64,000 nt of DNA from assembly GCA_965219995.1 (NCBI GenBank), contig CBDCOX010000002.1:1664001-1728000 (forward strand), given 5' to 3'. The position numbers and the translations under genes are program-made. Under the pieces are notes generated by a model. That model did no database searches and was not told the DNA's origin. It worked only from the letters and a program-made list of their open reading frames with translations. This stretch comes from Candidatus Latescibacterota bacterium. GTDB taxonomy: Bacteria > Latescibacterota > UBA2968 > GCA-2709665. Positions 48,396 through 58,020 of this stretch are shown here, in pieces (the stretch's first letter is position 1; every line of letters starts with the position of its first letter).

Positions 48396-49847
48396 CTACA
48401 CGCCCTTCCTCGCACGCAGCACGGGCTTTCGAGCGGCCGTTGCTTCGTCCAGCCGCCGAACGGGCGTGTGGTGCGGGGCATTGTGCAACAGTTCGGGGTT
48501 TTTCTCCGCTTCGTCCGCAATACGGATCATCGCCTCGACAAATTCGTCAATCTGCTCCAGGCTCTCTGTCTCCGTGGGTTCAATCAGCATGGCTTCCGGC
48601 GCTACCCTCGGCAGCGGAAAATAAATCGTGGGCGGATGATGGCCATAGTCGATCAGTCTCTTGGCGATATCCAGGGCGTTTACGCCACTGGCCTTCTTCT
48701 GCCGCGACGCCGAGAACACCATTTCGTGCATGGGCTGCGCCGATTTGGGACGATCGAAGGTTCCGTCCAGGCGGCTGGCGATATAATTCGCGTTCAGAAC
48801 GGCCATTTCGCTTGTACGCCGCATGCCTTCCGCGCCGAGCATTCTGGCGTAGACATAGGCGCGGATCACCATCCCGAAATTTCCGAAGAACGTACTGACC
48901 TTGCCGATCGACCGCGGGCGATCGTAATCCAGTCCGAAGAGATCGCCTTTTCTCGTGACGACGGGGACGGGCAGAAAGGGCATTAGCGCTTCCTTTACAC
49001 CGACCGGCCCGGACCCCGGCCCGCCGCCCCCATGCGGGGTGGTGAAGGTCTTGTGCAAGTTGATGTGGACGACGTCGAAACCCATATCTCCGGGCCGGCA
49101 TTGTCCCAGGAATGCGTTTAAATTTGCGCCGTCGTAATAGAGCAACCCGCCGCCGTCGTGGACGACCTGTTGGATTTCCAGGATTTCATCCTCGAACACG
49201 CCGAAAGTATTGGGATTGGTCAGCATCAGTCCCGCGACCCGATCGTTCATCTTTGCCTTCAGATCCGCGACGTCGACGGTTCCGCGGTCCGTAGACTTCA
49301 ATGTCTCCACCCGAAAGCCGCACATCGCCGCGGTCGCGGGGTTTGTTCCGTGAGCGGAATCGGGAATCAGCACGATTTGCCTGCGATCCTGCCTCTCGCG
49401 GTGGTACGCCGCGATGAGGGAGATGCCGACGAATTCACCCTGCGCTCCGGCGGCCGGCTGAAACGTAAAGCCGTCCATTCCCGTTACGGCCGCCAGTATC
49501 CCGTCCATTTCCCACAGGACGCGTAACGCCGCCTGGGAGGAAGCTGCGTCCGCGAGGGGATGCAATTCCGCGAAATCGGGCAGACGTGCGGCGCGTTCGT
49601 GTATTTTGGGATTGTACTTCATCGTGCACGAACCCAGCGGGTAGAATGCGGTATCGATGCTGAAGTTCATGGACGAGAGATTCACGTAATGCCGTACCAG
49701 TTCCAGTTCGCTGACTTCCGGCAGCGCGGGCGCTTCATTCCGATGCATTTCATCCGGTATGGGTACAATCGGATCACCCGCATCCGGGTATGTCGTACAA
49801 CGCCGCCCCGTTTCACCGCGTTCAAATATCAGCAGATCCCGATCCAT
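48396..49847 (-). CDS. gcvPB: Glycine dehydrogenase subunit 2
   Basis: YPLGSCTMKYNP, DSAHGTNPA, HINLHKTFTTPHGGGGPG, IEPTETE. Confidence 0.96.
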   Translation of the reverse strand: MDRDLLIFERGETGRRCTTYPDAGDPIVPIPDEMHRNEAPALPEVSELELVRHYVNLSSMNFSIDTAFYPLGSCTMKYNPKIHERAARLPDFAELHPLADAASSQAALRVLWEMDGILAAVTGMDGFTFQPAAGAQGEFVGISLIAAYHRERQDRRQIVLIPDSAHGTNPATAAMCGFRVETLKSTDRGTVDVADLKAKMNDRVAGLMLTNPNTFGVFEDEILEIQQVVHDGGGLLYYDGANLNAFLGQCRPGDMGFDVVHINLHKTFTTPHGGGGPGSGPVGVKEALMPFLPVPVVTRKGDLFGLDYDRPRSIGKVSTFFGNFGMVIRAYVYARMLGAEGMRRTSEMAVLNANYIASRLDGTFDRPKSAQPMHEMVFSASRQKKASGVNALDIAKRLIDYGHHPPTIYFPLPRVAPEAMLIEPTETESLEQIDEFVEAMIRIADEAEKNPELLHNAPHHTPVRRLDEATAARKPVLRARKGV

Positions 49848-51184
49848 CAGAGTTCTCTCCAGGCCTCAACCAGTCGCGCCACGTCCGCTCCTGTCTTCGT
49901 TTCGGTCACACATGTCAGAACGCACCGCTCCAATTCGGGGAAGAACCGTCCCAGATCGATGCCGCCGGCGATGCCCTTTTCCCGCAGCGACTGGAGCGCT
50001 TCACGCGCAGGACCGGGCGTTTCGATCACGAACTCGTTGAACGACGCGCCGGAGAACTTGAGGGAGAGCCCGTCGACGTCACTCAGCGCGGAGGCCGCTT
50101 CGTGACTGCGGTTCCAGTTCAGGGTTCCCACCTCCCGCAGGCCATCCGGACCCAGCGATGCAAGATAGACGGTCGCGGCTGTCGCGCACAGCGTCTGATT
50201 CGTGCAGATATTCGAGGTCGCCCGTTCCCGGCGAATATGCTGTTCGCGCGTCTGCAGCGTCATCACGAACCCGCGCTTCCCATCCGCGTCGGTCGTCTGG
50301 CCGACCACCCGTCCGGGCATCCGTCGAATATGCTGTTCGCGCGTGGCGAACATTCCCACGTAGGGCCCGCCGTAGGACAATGGCAGACCCAGAGGCTGAC
50401 CGTCGCCCACGACAATGTCCGCGCCGAAGTCTCCCGGCGGCCGGATCACACCCAGAGAAATCGGATTCACCGCCGCGACATACGCGGTTTTGCGATTCTG
50501 CAACAGGCTTCCCAATGCGTCCAGCGGTTCCAGCACACCTAAAAAATTCGGATTCTGCACAACGACCGCGGCGGTGTCGTCGTTCAACTCCGACTCGACC
50601 CGTTCCAGGTCGATCGTTCCCGCATCCGTCCAGGGGATTTCCGCCAATTCCAATCCGATGCCGTGCACATATGTCTCGACGACGCGCCGGTAGAAGGGGT
50701 GCAGGCTGCGCGGCACCAGCACCCGGCCGCCGTCGTTAATCCTCACAGCCATCATCACCGCCTCGGCAAGGGCGGACGCACCGTCGTACATGGAGGCATT
50801 GGCCGCCTCCATGCCGGTCAGTTCGCAGACCATCGTCTGGAATTCGAAAATCGCACGCAGCGTACCCTGGCTCACCTCCGCCTGATAAGGCGTATATGCC
50901 GTGTAGAACTCGCTGCGCGAAATCATCGCATCGACGACGCTGGGCGTAAAATGCTCGTAGGCCCCACCGCCCACGAACGAAAGCGCGGGCGCCTGCTCCC
51001 GCGCCGATCGCGCGAGATCCTGTACCAGGCCCAACGCCTCCATTTCGCTGATCCCTGCGGGCAGGTCCAGGGATGCCAGCCGAAGGGTTTCCGGAACGGG
51101 ATCGAACAGCGCCGCTGTCGAATCGATCCCGATCGCTTCCAGCATCTTCTGTATATCTTGATCCGTATGCGGAGTATAATTCAC
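49847..51184 (-). CDS. gcvPA: Glycine dehydrogenase subunit 1
   Basis: TAYTPYQAEVSQG, NASMYDG, TREQHIRRERATSNICTNQ. Confidence 0.96.
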   Translation of the reverse strand: MNYTPHTDQDIQKMLEAIGIDSTAALFDPVPETLRLASLDLPAGISEMEALGLVQDLARSAREQAPALSFVGGGAYEHFTPSVVDAMISRSEFYTAYTPYQAEVSQGTLRAIFEFQTMVCELTGMEAANASMYDGASALAEAVMMAVRINDGGRVLVPRSLHPFYRRVVETYVHGIGLELAEIPWTDAGTIDLERVESELNDDTAAVVVQNPNFLGVLEPLDALGSLLQNRKTAYVAAVNPISLGVIRPPGDFGADIVVGDGQPLGLPLSYGGPYVGMFATREQHIRRMPGRVVGQTTDADGKRGFVMTLQTREQHIRRERATSNICTNQTLCATAATVYLASLGPDGLREVGTLNWNRSHEAASALSDVDGLSLKFSGASFNEFVIETPGPAREALQSLREKGIAGGIDLGRFFPELERCVLTCVTETKTGADVARLVEAWREL

Positions 51185-51221
51185 TGGCAGAACCTCGAAT
51201 ATTGAAACGGTTCAGCGGTTT

Positions 51222-51944
51222 CTATCTCTTCCGATAGGTATAATCCAAAGCATCTCCGGGTTGCCACCCCAGAATCCGCTTCGCTTTCTCGTTTGAAAAC
51301 TGCCCGTGCGGGCGATCACTGAAAATATTGAACGCCTCGCAACGCGACGGCAATTCGTCCAGTTCGATGGTCAACCCGGGCACGAACGCCGCGGCCGCGT
51401 CGCGCCAGGATACCAGAAACGACCGGTCCCGGGCCGGCTCCGTCGACACGTCGTGATCCCGGAAGATGTAGAACAGATAACACAACACGTAGACGTCGCA
51501 ATGCAACGTAAAGATCCGGCAGATTTCCTGGCCCAGCCCCTTGGACAGCGCATACAGATTCGTACCTGGCTTCGGCGGCACGTCCGGGCCGATTCCATGG
51601 TCCCACGCCTCATAGGGTGCGCCCTGTACTGTAAAATGCGGACCCGTGTTGATGACTCGCCGGATCCCGTTCCTGACCGCCGCGCGCATGATGTTGTAAC
51701 ACCCGAGCGTGTTGACGTCGAATGCGACCTTTCGATGCGGCCGTAAGACGGACAGGTTGATGATCGCATCCATTCCCTCGGCCGCGCGCATCACCGCATC
51801 CGGGTCCGCCACGTCCACGGGCATCATCTCGTGCGGGGTGTCTAACGGGTCCAGATCCGTTATGCGCAGCGAAACCTGCTCCTCCAGGGCCTTCACGACA
51901 TGAGGCCCCAGCATGCCGTTGCCGCCATAAATCACAACCTTCAT
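51222..51944 (-). CDS. NAD-dependent epimerase/dehydrogenase (extended SDR), copy B
   Basis: YGGNGMLG, YALSK; GGAG RBS before ATG 51944. Confidence 0.9.
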   Translation of the reverse strand: MKVVIYGGNGMLGPHVVKALEEQVSLRITDLDPLDTPHEMMPVDVADPDAVMRAAEGMDAIINLSVLRPHRKVAFDVNTLGCYNIMRAAVRNGIRRVINTGPHFTVQGAPYEAWDHGIGPDVPPKPGTNLYALSKGLGQEICRIFTLHCDVYVLCYLFYIFRDHDVSTEPARDRSFLVSWRDAAAAFVPGLTIELDELPSRCEAFNIFSDRPHGQFSNEKAKRILGWQPGDALDYTYRKR

Positions 51945-52030
51945 TTCCATCTCCAATCGCGCCCGGACATCCGTGACGTTTGCGGCGCGCCGTATGATGT
52001 ACCGGCGCCGGCCCGCGGATTCCCGGTTGT

Positions 52031-52753
52031 TTATTTTTTCATATACGTGTATTCGAGCCCGTCTCTCGGCTGCCACCCCAGGACCCGTCTGGCCTTCGCG
52101 TTCGTAAAATGCCCGTGCGGCCGGTCGCCGAGAATATTGAATACCTCGCATCTTGACGACAGACGCTCCAGTGGAATTTTCAATCCGGGGAGGAACGCGT
52201 CGGCGGCATCCCGCCACGTCACAATGAATGACCGGTCCTGAACCGGTTTCGAGGACGGGTCGTGACCGCGAAAACTCCAGAACAGGTAACACAGCACGTA
52301 CACGTCGAAGTTCGAGGTGAAGATCCGGCAGATTTCCTGGCCCAATCCCTTGGACAGCACATACAGACCCGTTCCGGGCCTGGGGGGCACGTCCGGACCG
52401 ATGTGATAGTCCCAGTGCATGTAGGGGTCGCCCTGTACGGTAAAGTACGGCCCCGTATTGATGACCCGCCGGATCCCGTTCCTCACGGCCGCGCGCATCA
52501 CGTTGTAGCATCCCAGGGTATTCACGTCGAACGCGATTTTTCGATGCGGCCGCAGAACGGACAGGTTGATGATCACGTCCATCCCTTCCGCCGCGCGCAA
52601 GACGGCCTCCGGGTCCGCCACGTCCACGGGCATCATCTCGTGGGACGTCTCGAACGGCTCCAGGTCCGTGATCCGCAGGGACACGCGCCCTTCCAGCGCC
52701 TTTACGACGTGCGGCCCCAGCATCCCGTTACCGCCGTAGATCACGACTTTCAT
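52031..52753 (-). CDS. NAD-dependent epimerase/dehydrogenase (extended SDR), copy A
   Basis: YGGNGMLG, YVLSK; GGAG RBS before ATG 52753. Confidence 0.9.
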   Translation of the reverse strand: MKVVIYGGNGMLGPHVVKALEGRVSLRITDLEPFETSHEMMPVDVADPEAVLRAAEGMDVIINLSVLRPHRKIAFDVNTLGCYNVMRAAVRNGIRRVINTGPYFTVQGDPYMHWDYHIGPDVPPRPGTGLYVLSKGLGQEICRIFTSNFDVYVLCYLFWSFRGHDPSSKPVQDRSFIVTWRDAADAFLPGLKIPLERLSSRCEVFNILGDRPHGHFTNAKARRVLGWQPRDGLEYTYMKK

Positions 52754-52785
52754 ATTCGTCTCCATCGTCACGCGGTGCTGACGAT

Positions 52786-53430
52786 TCAGATACCGAGGGC
52801 TTCTTTGGCCTGGTCGATGGGAAACCTTGCGTTTTCAACCTCGGACTGCACGTGCAGCACCCGCCACAGCGGCCCTTCTTTCGTCAGCGCCGATGCGATA
52901 GCCCTGACCGCGTCCTTTACCGACAACGCGGCGTCGCCGTCGCCGCCAACTTCCCCGAGTCGCAAACACGTCACGCGCACCGAGTGTTCCCTCGCGAATT
53001 CCCTGCACGTGAATTCACCCAGGTACTTCCCCAAAGGCGCCGCGTCCGTCGACGGCCTCGGCGCCCACTGCTCCGTCACGTTCCAGTTCGGATCGCACGT
53101 CTCGAAAAGGCTCAGCGAACTGAGGTAGACCACGTGGCCGACCTTTTTCTCCCGGGCGGCAACCATCAGATTGTAGGTGCAACGCGTCTGGAAATCGACC
53201 TCGCGCTCGTCACTCCTCCGATCATCGGGCAGCTCCGCGACATGCACGATCGCATCCATCCCGTCCACCAGGGACTCCGCCTCGCCGTCGTGGCCCAACT
53301 CACAACGGACAAAGGCGACATCCTTCTCCACGTCCTCGAGGTCCGTCAACGTCACCTCGTGTTGCGGCGAGAGGTCCCTTGCCAATGCCTGAGCCAGCGA
53401 TGTCGCTCCTGAGGTAATCAGCACTCTCAT
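52786..53430 (-). CDS. Degenerate SDR-fold protein
   Basis: MRVLIT, GMDAIVH, TYNL..AA, VYLSS, CLRLG; lacks GxxGxxG and the catalytic Tyr. Confidence 0.8.
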   Translation of the reverse strand: MRVLITSGATSLAQALARDLSPQHEVTLTDLEDVEKDVAFVRCELGHDGEAESLVDGMDAIVHVAELPDDRRSDEREVDFQTRCTYNLMVAAREKKVGHVVYLSSLSLFETCDPNWNVTEQWAPRPSTDAAPLGKYLGEFTCREFAREHSVRVTCLRLGEVGGDGDAALSVKDAVRAIASALTKEGPLWRVLHVQSEVENARFPIDQAKEALGI

Positions 53431-53548
53431 AAATCACGCTCCTGTATCTGGAAATTCAATCTTTCCGTGTGCGGGGATACCTATTTCGCCAATTAAGGCG
53501 GGCAGTTCGGCCGTAACGGCCGCATTCCACTCCCATGCAAATCGCGAG

Positions 53549-53872
53549 CTACACGGCAACCACGCGTCTTTGTCCCTCGCCGCTATCTGACGGAATGATA
53601 CGGATCTCGATATCGCGATTCAGGCGAGTTAGAAATGTCATTAACCGCTCAACGCTGTAATGATTGAACTTTCCCCTCTTCAGCCGGGATATTTCAGGCT
53701 GTTTCACCCGAAGGATTTCCGCCGCCTCAGCCTGGGTCAGATTCCGTTTTCCGATTATCTGAAAGACCTCAAAACCGAGTGTTGCCTTGAGAAACAACTC
53801 CTCCGCGTCTGGTAAGTCCAAATCCTGAAACACGTTTCCTGAACTTTTCTCGATCTTGATCCTATCGCTCAT
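53549..53872 (-). CDS. XRE-family HTH antitoxin (HigA-like)
   Basis: SSGNVFQDL, LTQAEAAEIL..KQPEISRL, YSVERL. Confidence 0.9.
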   Translation of the reverse strand: MSDRIKIEKSSGNVFQDLDLPDAEELFLKATLGFEVFQIIGKRNLTQAEAAEILRVKQPEISRLKRGKFNHYSVERLMTFLTRLNRDIEIRIIPSDSGEGQRRVVAV

Positions 53873-54230
53873 AGTCCGCCTCCAGCTCCAGCGCCTTTCT
53901 CAGGCGTCGCCTGATCAGATCGACCTCTCTCAAGGGAGTCCTGGCTCCACGTGTTGATTTTTTCTGAAAACAATGCAATACATAAACCCTCGCGCCAATC
54001 TTTACTGCGTAGACGGCGCGAAAAGCGTCCGTTTTATGATCCGCCCGAATCTCAAAGACGCCTGAGCCGACGCCCTTAAATGGTTTGGCCGCGGGAGACA
54101 TGCTGCCCGCCTGCGCGATAAACAGAGCGTCACCGATATCTTTCTGAACCTGCGCCGGAAACTCCTTCAGCCTGGTTCTGGAGTCTCCAATCCAAAAGAC
54201 CGTCCTCAAATTTTCTCGAGCACGAGACAT
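53862..54230 (-). CDS. RelE/ParE superfamily toxin (Gp49/HigB-like)
   Basis: W.GDS, KPFKGVGSGVFEIR, FRAVY, YVLHCFQKKS; toxin-first order. Confidence 0.9.
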   Translation of the reverse strand: MSRARENLRTVFWIGDSRTRLKEFPAQVQKDIGDALFIAQAGSMSPAAKPFKGVGSGVFEIRADHKTDAFRAVYAVKIGARVYVLHCFQKKSTRGARTPLREVDLIRRRLRKALELEADYER

Positions 54231-54235
54231 TAAAT

Positions 54236-54264
54236 ATTATAACCAAATGGATATAAATTGTCAA
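54236..54264 (-). promoter_or_regulatory. Perfect sigma70 promoter with operator-like dyad
   Basis: TTGACA-17 bp-TATAAT; TATATCCA-TT-TGGTTATA dyad over spacer and -10. Confidence 0.85.
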
Positions 54265-54364
54265 GCGATGCGTCAATTGCACGGTCCGGGCGGCCGGTGT
54301 ATCAGAGACGAGAGGTGTCCGGCCGAACAAACAGAATCCGGACGTTCGATCGGGCATCGCGGGT

Positions 54365-54883
54365 TCAAAGGTACTGATAGTATGTTACCTGGGGCTGCGC
54401 AATGTTGAATCCCACTTTCTCGTAGGCGCGGCGGGCGGGCGCGTGGCCCTCGTCCTGCCCCGTCCCCACGGCGGCGAACCGAAGGCCTTCAGATCGGAAA
54501 AGGTCCAATACGTACCGATACATCGCCGTACCGATCCCCTTTCCCTGTATTTCGGGGGCCACCGCGTTGTTCGTGATTCTGCCCAGGGACTTCCCCCGAT
54601 CGATCGAAAATGTCAGAAACGCGACCACCCTCGCCGTCTCCACCCTCTCAATAACCCGGAACCAGTCGGGATGTCGATTCCAGTGCCCGTGCACCGCAGC
54701 CGTCTTCTCCGCCTCCCAGTTCTCACACAACACGGCGTGCATCTCCCGGCCCATGATCCCGGCGGTACTTTCGTGGATCCGCTGCCACGCCTGCCTGGCG
54801 ATCTCGCCCACCCGATCCAGGTCTGCCGGGCCTGCGTGTCGGATTTGAAACCCCGGGGCGAGTTCGGCGTTCGGACGGCTCAT
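54365..54883 (-). CDS. GNAT family N-acetyltransferase
   Basis: NAVAPEIQGKGIG, PARRAYEKVGF; GGAGGT RBS before ATG 54883. Confidence 0.9.
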   Translation of the reverse strand: MSRPNAELAPGFQIRHAGPADLDRVGEIARQAWQRIHESTAGIMGREMHAVLCENWEAEKTAAVHGHWNRHPDWFRVIERVETARVVAFLTFSIDRGKSLGRITNNAVAPEIQGKGIGTAMYRYVLDLFRSEGLRFAAVGTGQDEGHAPARRAYEKVGFNIAQPQVTYYQYL

Positions 54884-55065
54884 CAGACCTCCTCGCGGAC
54901 CTTGATTTCCTTGCGGAACATTCCGCTCGTCTCCACTGGACAAATACACGGCATTCCGGAGCCGACCTCGCCGTTCCTCAAATACAAAGGCGTTGACTTT
55001 CACCGGCGAGGCGATATCTTGAAATCGATTCCAATATCCCGTAACGTACGAAAGGAGCGCTTCAC

Positions 55066-55830
55066 ATGAAACTGGGAATTGTCACGTATCAGATCGCGAA
55101 AGACTGGGATGTACCAACATTGATCGATATGTGCCGAACAACGGGCATGCAGGGTGTTGAACTGCGCACCACCCACGCCCACGGCGTCGAAATCGACCTG
55201 TCGCCGGGCGAGCGACGCGATATCAGACGCAGGTTTGAGGACGCCGGAATTGATATCGTCGGCCTCGGAAGCGTCTACGAATACCATGCCCCGGATCCCG
55301 ATACCGTGCGACAGAACATCGACGGTACCATCGAATATGCGAGACTCGCCGCCGACCTGGGTTGCCCGGGCGTTAAGGTGCGTCCAAACGGATTGCAGAC
55401 GGACAGCGGCATTCCGGAAGAGCAGACACTCGAGCAGATCGGGGTTGCCTTAAGGGAATGCGGAGAGGCCGCCGCGGGTCTGGGCGTTCAGATCCGGGTT
55501 GAAGTGCACGGCCGGGACACCTGCGAACCCAGGCGCATGCGCGCCATTATCGACCATGCCGACCACGAGAACGTCTACATATGCTGGAACTCGAACCCCC
55601 AGGACGTCGTCGACGGCTCCGTCAAAACGGGATTCAATCTGCTGAAACACAGGCTCGGGCTTGTTCACATCAATGAACTGCATAAGGCTGAATACCCGTG
55701 GCGGGAGCTCTTCGGGCTCCTTAAGGACGAGGGCTACGACGGATACATGCTCGCCGAAATCCCCGACAGCCCGGAGCCGGAACGCCTTCTTCGCTATTAT
55801 CGCGCACTCTGGCAGGCGCTGATGGTCTGA
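55066..55830 (+). CDS. Sugar phosphate isomerase/epimerase (xylose isomerase-like TIM barrel)
   Basis: GVELR, RVEVHG, WNS, VHINEL, YDGYMLAE. Confidence 0.85.
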   Translation: MKLGIVTYQIAKDWDVPTLIDMCRTTGMQGVELRTTHAHGVEIDLSPGERRDIRRRFEDAGIDIVGLGSVYEYHAPDPDTVRQNIDGTIEYARLAADLGCPGVKVRPNGLQTDSGIPEEQTLEQIGVALRECGEAAAGLGVQIRVEVHGRDTCEPRRMRAIIDHADHENVYICWNSNPQDVVDGSVKTGFNLLKHRLGLVHINELHKAEYPWRELFGLLKDEGYDGYMLAEIPDSPEPERLLRYYRALWQALMV

Positions 55831-55874
55831 TCCGGCGGGCGGCGCGTGCTTCTGACCCGGCAATCGCAGTTGCC

Positions 55875-57779
55875 TTACAGGCCGGGAATCCGAAAGCTCC
55901 AGACCTCGGAACTGTGGGTGAAAAAGAGTCGGCCGTTGTGGATCACGATCCCCGCGTTCGCGTTCACGGGAGGTCTTCCCAGCAGTTTGTGTTCGAATGA
56001 GCCCGGCTCTATACGAACAATCGCGTTGCGGAACAGCGCGTAGATCCTGTCGTCAGGTCCCATGGCCAGGATCCTCGGGGCCTGCTGTCCCGCCAGAGCG
56101 CCATAGGGCAGTTTTTTCTCGAAGTGGACGATCTCCCGCGATTCGGGATCGAACACGAAAAAAGCGGACCCCGAGGCCAATCCGTAGATCAGGCTGTCCG
56201 GCCCCAGGATCACGTCGGTGATCTGCGCGGCGCCAGGCACAACCGCTTCGCGATACAGTACTCGGCTTTCTTCCAGATCCAGAACATAGAGTTCCGCCTG
56301 CTTCGCGTGCGCCTCCCCTCCCGTGCCGGGGCTGATCGTGGTGCCCGCGAGGATTTTCCCGTCGGGCAACGCCGCGAGGGATACCGTGCTGTGTTCGGGA
56401 AGCAGATCCTCGTGTGTCAGCAGTTCGTGGTTCTCCGTTTCAGTGTCCCAGATCAGCATCCCCCCGCCCGTCAGTCCGTACCCGGGCGTTCCCGTCATGA
56501 CAAGCCGCCGTCCGTCCGGATGGGCCAGCAACGCGTGCGGCCGGATAATCGTGGGACTTACTGATATCAGATCCCGGGGATTCGGATCCACCGTTCCCCG
56601 ATCGTCCCACGGCCGGGACGGATCGTATTCCCAGAGCCTGCCGCCCGCATACTCCCCGCAATAGACCTTATCACCCTGAACGGCCAGCGCATTCAGGTGT
56701 CCGACAAGGTCCCATAGACCGCGGTGGACGAACGTGTCCGCCTGCGTATCGTATGTATAGAACCGGAGCGGATGTCCGGTGGATCCGTGGATCCTGCCGT
56801 CCGGACCTTCCGCGATCGAGAGGATGGGGGATCCGGCCGATTCATAATCGATTTCCAGACGTCTTACTGTTCCCGCCTCGTTGATTTCGACGTACTTCTC
56901 CGGAAGGTTGATTTCATCCAGCGACCAGCCATCCGGGAAATTGTCCAGGACCGCCTCCTGTTCGCCGGCCAGAATCGGTCTCTCCGGCGCGGGAGCGTCC
57001 ACCGGCGTCACCGCGCCTTCGAGCATCGCCCACCACGGACCGGTGTCGAACGTCCTCCCGTACACCTTGCCGTCCACGCCCCGGTAAACGGTCGAAGCGC
57101 CGTGCCGACGGTCGGAATCGGGAATCAGCGCGGCACGTTCGCCTGTTGCCGGATTGAATGAAACGATCTGCCCGCGCGTGGAACCTATGCCCGCGTATAC
57201 CCATCCCGAACGGTCCGCCGCGATCGTTCGGGGATACTGGGGCCAGTTTTCATGGTTAAGGGGGCCGAAATTCGTCAATTCCCGCGTGTCCGGATCGAAG
57301 CTCAGCAATTCGCAGTTGGGATACGCGCCGGTCCAGACCACGCCGTGATCGTCTTCCGTAAACGACATCGCGAAGTTCGGCGGCGCATCCGACCAGAAAG
57401 TGAAACGACGGGTGTTCGCATCGAACTCCACGAATTTGTCGAAATAGGAATAGAACCGGTTCCTCGTGGACAGCAGCACGGCGAAAGGCGTGGAGGCCAT
57501 CCCGAACGGAGTCGGAACCTGATCCGTCCGTCCTGATGTGACGTCGATCACGAGAATCGAACCGCAGCCACGATGGTCCATCGGCCAGGCCAGAACGATC
57601 GGCCGACCGTCGCCGTCCACGGTTGCCGCCACCCCTCTCGCGCGGGATACGGGCGCCGCCACGCCATGCCGTGCAAACCCGTCGCCGAAATCGCGGGTCC
57701 CCGCGCCTGCCGGTCGCCTGAATGCCATCAAGAGGGCCGTCAACAACGTCGCAATTGCCAGCAATGGAGCGAGGCTCAT
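55875..57779 (-). CDS. Secreted beta-propeller repeat protein
   Basis: Signal-like N-terminus; repeated blades (GPDGRIHG, FDPDT, LPDGKILAG, GPDSLIYG). Confidence 0.75.
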   Translation of the reverse strand: MSLAPLLAIATLLTALLMAFRRPAGAGTRDFGDGFARHGVAAPVSRARGVAATVDGDGRPIVLAWPMDHRGCGSILVIDVTSGRTDQVPTPFGMASTPFAVLLSTRNRFYSYFDKFVEFDANTRRFTFWSDAPPNFAMSFTEDDHGVVWTGAYPNCELLSFDPDTRELTNFGPLNHENWPQYPRTIAADRSGWVYAGIGSTRGQIVSFNPATGERAALIPDSDRRHGASTVYRGVDGKVYGRTFDTGPWWAMLEGAVTPVDAPAPERPILAGEQEAVLDNFPDGWSLDEINLPEKYVEINEAGTVRRLEIDYESAGSPILSIAEGPDGRIHGSTGHPLRFYTYDTQADTFVHRGLWDLVGHLNALAVQGDKVYCGEYAGGRLWEYDPSRPWDDRGTVDPNPRDLISVSPTIIRPHALLAHPDGRRLVMTGTPGYGLTGGGMLIWDTETENHELLTHEDLLPEHSTVSLAALPDGKILAGTTISPGTGGEAHAKQAELYVLDLEESRVLYREAVVPGAAQITDVILGPDSLIYGLASGSAFFVFDPESREIVHFEKKLPYGALAGQQAPRILAMGPDDRIYALFRNAIVRIEPGSFEHKLLGRPPVNANAGIVIHNGRLFFTHSSEVWSFRIPGL

Positions 57780-58020
57780 GTCTGAGATTCCTCCTGGATC
57801 AATGTACTGCAAACCGCCGGATTCACGGCTGCCAATATGCCGGGCCGGGCCGTGAAAGTCAAGCGGATGCGTTCTACGCCAGCAATCTCTTCCGCCTGCC
57901 GACCCGGTGTCGACAATAACGAAAAAAGCCGGTCTGCAATCAGACCGGCTGATGGAAGTCGGCAGGACGATCAATTGGCCGTTTTCGGTACGTCATTCGC
58001 GCCTGTGACGGATTTGCCGG

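Larger units (their letters stand above)
51222..52753 (-). repeat. Tandem gene duplication (two 723-nt genes, 809-bp offset)
   Basis: Ungapped alignment of two 240-aa proteins, about 53 differences by hand count. Confidence 0.9.

Noticed and set aside
51945-52511. N-terminal extension making a 429-aa SDR or a frameshift fusion
   Set aside because: Out-of-frame overlap with paralogue A; copy B has its own RBS and a start matching copy A
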